From Candidatus Aminicenantes bacterium (lineage in GTDB: Bacteria; Acidobacteriota; Aminicenantia; Aminicenantales; JAFGBC01): 64,000 nt of DNA. How positions within the stretch are numbered: position 1 is the stretch's first letter; each line of letters begins with the position of its first letter. The position numbers and the translations under genes are program-made. Of this stretch, positions 59,132 to 64,000 are shown in pieces. The stretch spans positions 4,192,001 to 4,256,000 of the forward strand of contig OY969696.1 in assembly GCA_963702005.1 (NCBI GenBank), given 5' to 3'. Below the pieces are notes generated by a model that worked only from the letters and a program-made list of their open reading frames with translations, was not told where the DNA came from and made no database searches.

Positions 59132-60469
59132 ATGGCCATCAAGGCGAAACTGACGACATTCGACCTGACCATGATCGTGGTCAGCCTCGTCATCGGAATC
59201 GGAATCTTCCGGACGCCGGCCATGGTCGCCTCGGCGGCCCGGACGCCCTTTCTCTTCTTCCTGGCCTGGGGGCTGGGCGGTTTCATCAGCCTGCTGGGCG
59301 CGCTGACCTTCGCCGAGATCGGCGCCCGCTTCCCCGAGCCCGGCTCCTTCTACAAGGTCGTCGCCGTCAACGCCAATTCCGTCCTGGCCTTCATGCTCAA
59401 CTGGACGAGCGTCCTCATGGTCAACGGAGCGGGCGGCGCGGCCGTCGCCATCATCGGCGCCGAGTACCTTACGCCCATCCTCCTTCCGGCCAGGCTCCAG
59501 TCGCAGACGGCCGTCCAGCTCACGGCGGCCGGCCTTTTGCTCTTCCTCCTGACCTTGAACTACCTGGGCATCAAGACGGGCGCCTGGGCCCAGAACATCC
59601 TCAGCCTGCTCAAGATCGGCTTGATCGGGTTTCTAGCCCTTGTCGCGCTCGCCTCCAAGACGGGAACCGTCGCGAGCGGCTCGCTCCCCATGGCAAAGAC
59701 CTGGTGGCTGGGGCTGGCGATCGGGTTCATTTCAGTTTTCTACACGTACGGCGGCTATCAGTGCACGATCAATTTCGGGGCCGACATTCAAGGCGCCCGC
59801 CGGAACATGCCGCGGGCCATCCTGGCCGGGATCGCGATCATCATCGCCTGCTACCTTTTTGTCAACGCGGCCTACGTCAAGGTCCTCGGAATCCCAGGCG
59901 TTGCCGGCGCCAAGCTCGTGGCGGCCGAGACGGCCCGAGCCCTGTTCGGACCGAGCGGGGCTTTGTTCGTCTCTCTGGCCATCTTCCTCTCGGCCATGGG
60001 GTTTCTCAACGTAACCCTGATGCAGATCCCGAGAGCCTACTACGCGATGGCCGAGGACCGCACCCTGCCGCCCTTCTTCCGCCGAGTCAACCCGCGCAGC
60101 CAAGCCCAGGAATACGGCCTTCTCTTCCTGGGCGGCGTCATCCTCCTCTCGATATTTTTCCTGGGCACGTTCGAGAACATCGTCGCCTATGTCATGTTCC
60201 TCGACGCCCTCAACATCGCCATCGTCGCCTCCATGATCTTCGTCCTGCGCCGGAAAGCCAAGGCCGAGGCCGTCCCCTACCAAGGCTATAAGGTCCCCCT
60301 CTATCCCGTCCTGCCCGCCGTCTTCGTCGTCTTCTTACTCGGAGTTTCCCTTAACGTCCTGCTGACCCAGACGCGGGAAGCCCTGTTCGGTGCGCTGCTG
60401 TTCGCCTCCGGGTTTCCCGTCTTCCTCGCCATGAGACGCTGGTACGCGAAAAGGAGTCCGACGCCATGA
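59132..60469 (+). CDS. APC-family amino acid permease
   Basis: IGIGIFRTP, FAEIGARFP, YGGY, RAYYAMAED, YKVPLYP; about 12 TM segments. Confidence 0.9.
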   Translation: MAIKAKLTTFDLTMIVVSLVIGIGIFRTPAMVASAARTPFLFFLAWGLGGFISLLGALTFAEIGARFPEPGSFYKVVAVNANSVLAFMLNWTSVLMVNGAGGAAVAIIGAEYLTPILLPARLQSQTAVQLTAAGLLLFLLTLNYLGIKTGAWAQNILSLLKIGLIGFLALVALASKTGTVASGSLPMAKTWWLGLAIGFISVFYTYGGYQCTINFGADIQGARRNMPRAILAGIAIIIACYLFVNAAYVKVLGIPGVAGAKLVAAETARALFGPSGALFVSLAIFLSAMGFLNVTLMQIPRAYYAMAEDRTLPPFFRRVNPRSQAQEYGLLFLGGVILLSIFFLGTFENIVAYVMFLDALNIAIVASMIFVLRRKAKAEAVPYQGYKVPLYPVLPAVFVVFLLGVSLNVLLTQTREALFGALLFASGFPVFLAMRRWYAKRSPTP

Positions 60470-62625
60470 GCTCCAAGCGCCTCCCGCCGGCCCTCATCAT
60501 CCTTCTCGTCCTCGCCGCGTTCGGACCGTCCGGATGCTCGAAGCCGGGCGCCGTCGGCTTCGCGCGGGACGCCAAACCGGCCGCGCCCGCTCCCGAAGAG
60601 CTTGCCGCCTCGGTGGCCGATTTTCGATTCAGCCCGGCCTGGTGGCAGTCGACGATCTGCCTCCCGGACGACTGGCTGAAAACGCTCGTCTCCAAGGAAG
60701 GCGCTCTTCTCTACGATTACCAAGGCGGCGAAACGCCAGGATTCGCGACCCGGATTTCGATCGCCGTCCGGGACTTCGCTCCCGCGCGATCGAGTCAGTC
60801 CATGCCCGAGCCGCGCGTCCCGGTCGTCGCGACCGAGCTCCTCGACGCCTCCGGCAAGGTCCGCTGCTCCTGGAAGGCCCTGGCCGTCGTGCCGGGCGAA
60901 GATCAGGAGCTCCCCAGTTTCTCGCCCAGGGAGCGGCCGGCCGGATCGCCGCCGGCGCGCGGGGACCTCATCGTCATTCGCAAGCCGGACAAGGAGGGCG
61001 CGATCGCCGTCAAGATCGAGGGCCGGGGCCTGTTCACCGTCAAGCGGCGCGACCTGGGGCTCTACCAGGACGGCCGGCGCTTTCTGAGCGCGAGCGCGCC
61101 CTGGGATGCGTTCGATCCCTCCCCGAACGGGCCCACCCTCATCTTCCCTCCGGCGGTCGGCGAGCTCGCCATCTACGTCGCCCACGGCCACGAAGCCGGG
61201 GACGTCGATTTCGGCTGGGCCCTCGCCCAGGAAAAGCGGGCGGCCGCCTACTGGAGCTCTCTCGACCTCCCCTACGACGTCATCCGCGTCCCCGACCCGG
61301 CCGTTCAAGGTCTCCTGGACGCCTCCATCCGGAACATCTACCAGTCCCGCGAGATCAAAGACGGGCTCCCCGTCTTTCAAGTCGGGCCGACTTGCTACCG
61401 GGGCCTGTGGGTCGTGGACGGCTGCTTCATTCTCGAGGCGATGGCCTACCTGGGAAGGGGAAGCGAGGCCCGCTCGGGCATCCGCTACCTCCTGACCCGG
61501 CAGAAGCCGGACGGTTCGTTCGAGATCCTGGACAAGTACTGGAAGGAAAACGGCATCGTCCTTTATCTTATGACGCGGCATGCCCTGCTGACTCGGGACC
61601 TTGGCTGGCTGGGAGAAAACTGGAACGTCGTGCGGCGCGTTGTCGAGGCCATCCGGCGGCTGCGCCGGGAAAGTCGAGCGAACCCGGCCGCTCCCGAGGC
61701 GGGATTGATGCCGCCCGGATTTCCCGACGGCGGGGTGGGCGGCGTCGTCCCCGAATACACGAACGTCTATTGGAACCTGGCCGGACTCAAAGCGGCCGTC
61801 GACGCGGCCCGGCTTATCGGCGCGGCCGAGCTCAAGGATTGGGAGGCGGAGTACAAGGACTTCCTGGAGGCGTTCCGCCGGGCCGCCAAACGCGACGCCA
61901 AGTCGATCGACGGAAAGCTCGTCTATCTTCCCATCCTGATGAAGGAGGACCCGGCGATCGCCCCGGTCCGCGGTCAGTGGGCATTCTGCCACGCCGTTTT
62001 CCCCGGCAAGCTCTTCGACCGGCGCGATCCCCTGGCTCTGGGTACGATGGCCCTCCTCGACCGGAGCCAATCGGAAGGGCTTGTTTACGGCACGGGTTGG
62101 ATGGCCGACGGGATCTGGAATTATTTCGCCTCCTTCTACGGCCACGCTCATCTCTGGCTCGGCCACGGCGACAAAGCCGCCCGCATCCTCTACGCTTTCG
62201 CCAACCACGCGTCCCCGCTTCGGGCCTGGCGCGAGGAGCAGCCGCCCCGGGGAAAGGACGCGGAAGGCCGGTTCGTCGGCGATATGCCCCACAACTGGGC
62301 CAGCGCGGAATTCATCCGGCTCGTCCGGAACCTCCTCATTTTGGAGCGGGGCGACGAGCTTCATCTTCTCGAGGGCATCCCCCGAGCTTGGCTGGCGGCG
62401 GGCGCGGCGACCGAGCTCAAGGACGTGGCCACGGACTTCGGACCGGTCAGTCTCCTCCTCCGGGTCGACGACGACGGCCGCCACGCCACGCTCCGCGTCC
62501 GGGCGCCCCGGGACCCCGGCCTCAAGCGGATCGTCGTCCACCTCGGCGCCTGGGCCGACCGGGGCAAGCCCGAGGTCGTAGCGGATGGGGAGGCGATCGA
62601 GACCGTCATCTCCATCGTACGCTGA
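60466..62625 (+). CDS. Lipoprotein with (alpha/alpha)6 glycoside hydrolase-like domain
   Basis: PSGC lipobox, YRGLWVVDG, GDMPHNWASAE, TDFGPVS; six-hairpin glycosidase-like. Confidence 0.6.
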   Translation: MSSKRLPPALIILLVLAAFGPSGCSKPGAVGFARDAKPAAPAPEELAASVADFRFSPAWWQSTICLPDDWLKTLVSKEGALLYDYQGGETPGFATRISIAVRDFAPARSSQSMPEPRVPVVATELLDASGKVRCSWKALAVVPGEDQELPSFSPRERPAGSPPARGDLIVIRKPDKEGAIAVKIEGRGLFTVKRRDLGLYQDGRRFLSASAPWDAFDPSPNGPTLIFPPAVGELAIYVAHGHEAGDVDFGWALAQEKRAAAYWSSLDLPYDVIRVPDPAVQGLLDASIRNIYQSREIKDGLPVFQVGPTCYRGLWVVDGCFILEAMAYLGRGSEARSGIRYLLTRQKPDGSFEILDKYWKENGIVLYLMTRHALLTRDLGWLGENWNVVRRVVEAIRRLRRESRANPAAPEAGLMPPGFPDGGVGGVVPEYTNVYWNLAGLKAAVDAARLIGAAELKDWEAEYKDFLEAFRRAAKRDAKSIDGKLVYLPILMKEDPAIAPVRGQWAFCHAVFPGKLFDRRDPLALGTMALLDRSQSEGLVYGTGWMADGIWNYFASFYGHAHLWLGHGDKAARILYAFANHASPLRAWREEQPPRGKDAEGRFVGDMPHNWASAEFIRLVRNLLILERGDELHLLEGIPRAWLAAGAATELKDVATDFGPVSLLLRVDDDGRHATLRVRAPRDPGLKRIVVHLGAWADRGKPEVVADGEAIETVISIVR

Positions 62626-62636
62626 AAGGTGAAATC

Positions 62637-63896
62637 ATGACCTGCAAGGAACGGGTCCTGGCGGCCCTCAATCACAAAGAGCCCGACGCGGTCCCGGTCG
62701 ACTTCGGGGCCACGGCCGTGACCGGGATGCACGTCAACTGCGTCATCGCCCTCCGCGAGCGCTACGGCCTGGAGAAGCGCCTCGTCAAAGTCCACGAGCC
62801 CTATCAGATGCTGGGCCTCGTCGAGGACGACCTCCAGCGGGCGCTCGGGCTCGACGTCGAGGGTGTCTTCGCCGCCGAGACCATGTTCGGGTTCCGGAAC
62901 GAGGGCTGGACACCGTGGCGGATGGACGACGCCCGCGAGGTCCTCGTCTCGGAGCATTTCCGGACGACGAGGGACGCGAACGGCGACACGCTCGTTTATC
63001 CCAAGGGAGATTTGAACGCGCCCCCCTCGGGACGGATGCCCAAGGACGGGTTTTTCTTCGACACGATCGTCCGTCAGGACCCGATCGACGAGGGCCGGCT
63101 CGACCCGGCCGACAACCTCGAGGAGTTCGGCCCGATCTCGGAGGCGGACCTCGCTTATTTCGACGCCGAGACCAAGCGGGCGGCCGCGACCGGCCGGGGC
63201 GTCATCGCCACCTTCGGGGGAACGGCCCTGGGTGACATCGCCCTCGTCCCCGCTCCCTTCCTCAAGCGCCCCAGGGGGATCCGGGACATCGAGGAGTGGT
63301 ACGTCTCGACCTTGACCCGCCAGCCCTACGTCCATCGGATCTTCGAGCGGCAGACCGAGATCGCGCTCGGGAACCTGGAGAAGATCCGCACCCGGGTCGG
63401 CGACCGCGTCCAGGCCGCCTTCATCTGCGGGACGGATTTCGGGACCCAGACTTCAACCTTCTGCTCGGTCGCGACGTTCCGGTCTCTCTACCTGCCCTAC
63501 TATAAGAAAATCAACGACTGGATCCACGGCCAGACGGCCTGGAAGACATTCAAGCATTCCTGCGGGGCGGTCGTCTCGCTCCTCCCCTCGTTCATCGACG
63601 CCGGCTTCGACATCTGGAACCCCGTCCAATTGTCGGCGGCCGGGATGGACCCGGTCCGGCTCAAGCGCGAGTATGGGAAAGATCTCGTCTTCTGGGGCGG
63701 CGGCGCCGACACCCAGCGGACGCTCGCCTTCGGGAAGCCGGCCGAGGTGCGGGAGGAAGTCCTGGGCCGCTGCGAGGTTCTGGGCAAGGGCGGCGGGTTC
63801 GTCTTCAACGCCGTCCACAACGTCCAGGCCAACACGCCGCCCGCCAATATCGTCGCCATGATCGAGGCCGTCAAGGAATTCAACGGAAGAAAATGA
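62637..63896 (+). CDS. Uroporphyrinogen decarboxylase-family / MtaA-CmuA-like methyltransferase
   Basis: MTCKERVLAALNHKEPDAVP, DFGTQ, HSCG, FWGGGADTQ, FNAVHNVQ. Confidence 0.82.
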   Translation: MTCKERVLAALNHKEPDAVPVDFGATAVTGMHVNCVIALRERYGLEKRLVKVHEPYQMLGLVEDDLQRALGLDVEGVFAAETMFGFRNEGWTPWRMDDAREVLVSEHFRTTRDANGDTLVYPKGDLNAPPSGRMPKDGFFFDTIVRQDPIDEGRLDPADNLEEFGPISEADLAYFDAETKRAAATGRGVIATFGGTALGDIALVPAPFLKRPRGIRDIEEWYVSTLTRQPYVHRIFERQTEIALGNLEKIRTRVGDRVQAAFICGTDFGTQTSTFCSVATFRSLYLPYYKKINDWIHGQTAWKTFKHSCGAVVSLLPSFIDAGFDIWNPVQLSAAGMDPVRLKREYGKDLVFWGGGADTQRTLAFGKPAEVREEVLGRCEVLGKGGGFVFNAVHNVQANTPPANIVAMIEAVKEFNGRK

Positions 63897-63903
63897 GGCC
63901 CCC

Positions 63904-64000
63904 ATGAAGAAAACCCAAGCGACCGTCATCGTCCTGACCGTGATCGCCGCCCTGGGCGGGCTGCTGTTCGGGTTCGACACGGCCGTCATCGCCGGCGCGA
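63904..64000 (+). CDS. Sugar porter MFS transporter (5' fragment)
   Basis: IAALGGLLFGFDTAVIAGA motif. Confidence 0.85.
   Translation, partial: MKKTQATVIVLTVIAALGGLLFGFDTAVIAGA

Noticed and set aside
60534-63896. 1120-aa ORF suggesting a fusion
   Set aside because: The first ~700 aa are an Arg/Pro-rich alternate frame of 60466-62625. The real UroD-family gene starts at ATG 62637 with its own RBS.

Overview
GC-rich bacterial chromosome segment from an anaerobe. An Acidobacteriota/Ca. Aminicenantes affiliation is inferred from gene content only (VWFA-related acidobacterial protein, SBBP and FG-GAP secreted proteins, PDZ-type sensor kinase, secretin with a cohesin-like tail). In order it carries: rsgA (truncated) and moaD/moeB/NTPase; a PilC/PilB/PilMNOP/secretin operon; alr and a RelBE-type toxin-antitoxin pair; a lower-GC tandem duplication of an [SBBP beta-propeller + FG-GAP/Fn3] gene pair; a GH63-like gene and another FG-GAP gene; a sensor kinase with a frameshifted NtrC-type activator and a sigma54-promoter M1 peptidase; speD, lrp and glnA; a DRTGG/anti-sigma/[FeFe]-hydrogenase-like sensory cassette followed by HydC/HndB/HydB and a HydA-like subunit with no catalytic domain, ending in a stand-alone FMN glutamate-synthase domain; the housekeeping block trpS-scpAB-ispH-rpsA-HU-HIT-ppiD; and a permease/glycosidase/UroD-family/sugar-porter cluster. 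The two most notable observations are (1) a possible electron-bifurcating, H2/redox-regulated GS-GOGAT-like locus and (2) a nested system of tiny palindromic elements, in which TTGAC-bounded ~110-210 bp elements carry independently inserted ~32-65 bp hairpin units and supply -35 boxes or a start codon at their ends. No rRNA, tRNA, CRISPR array, transposase or reverse transcriptase was recognised.
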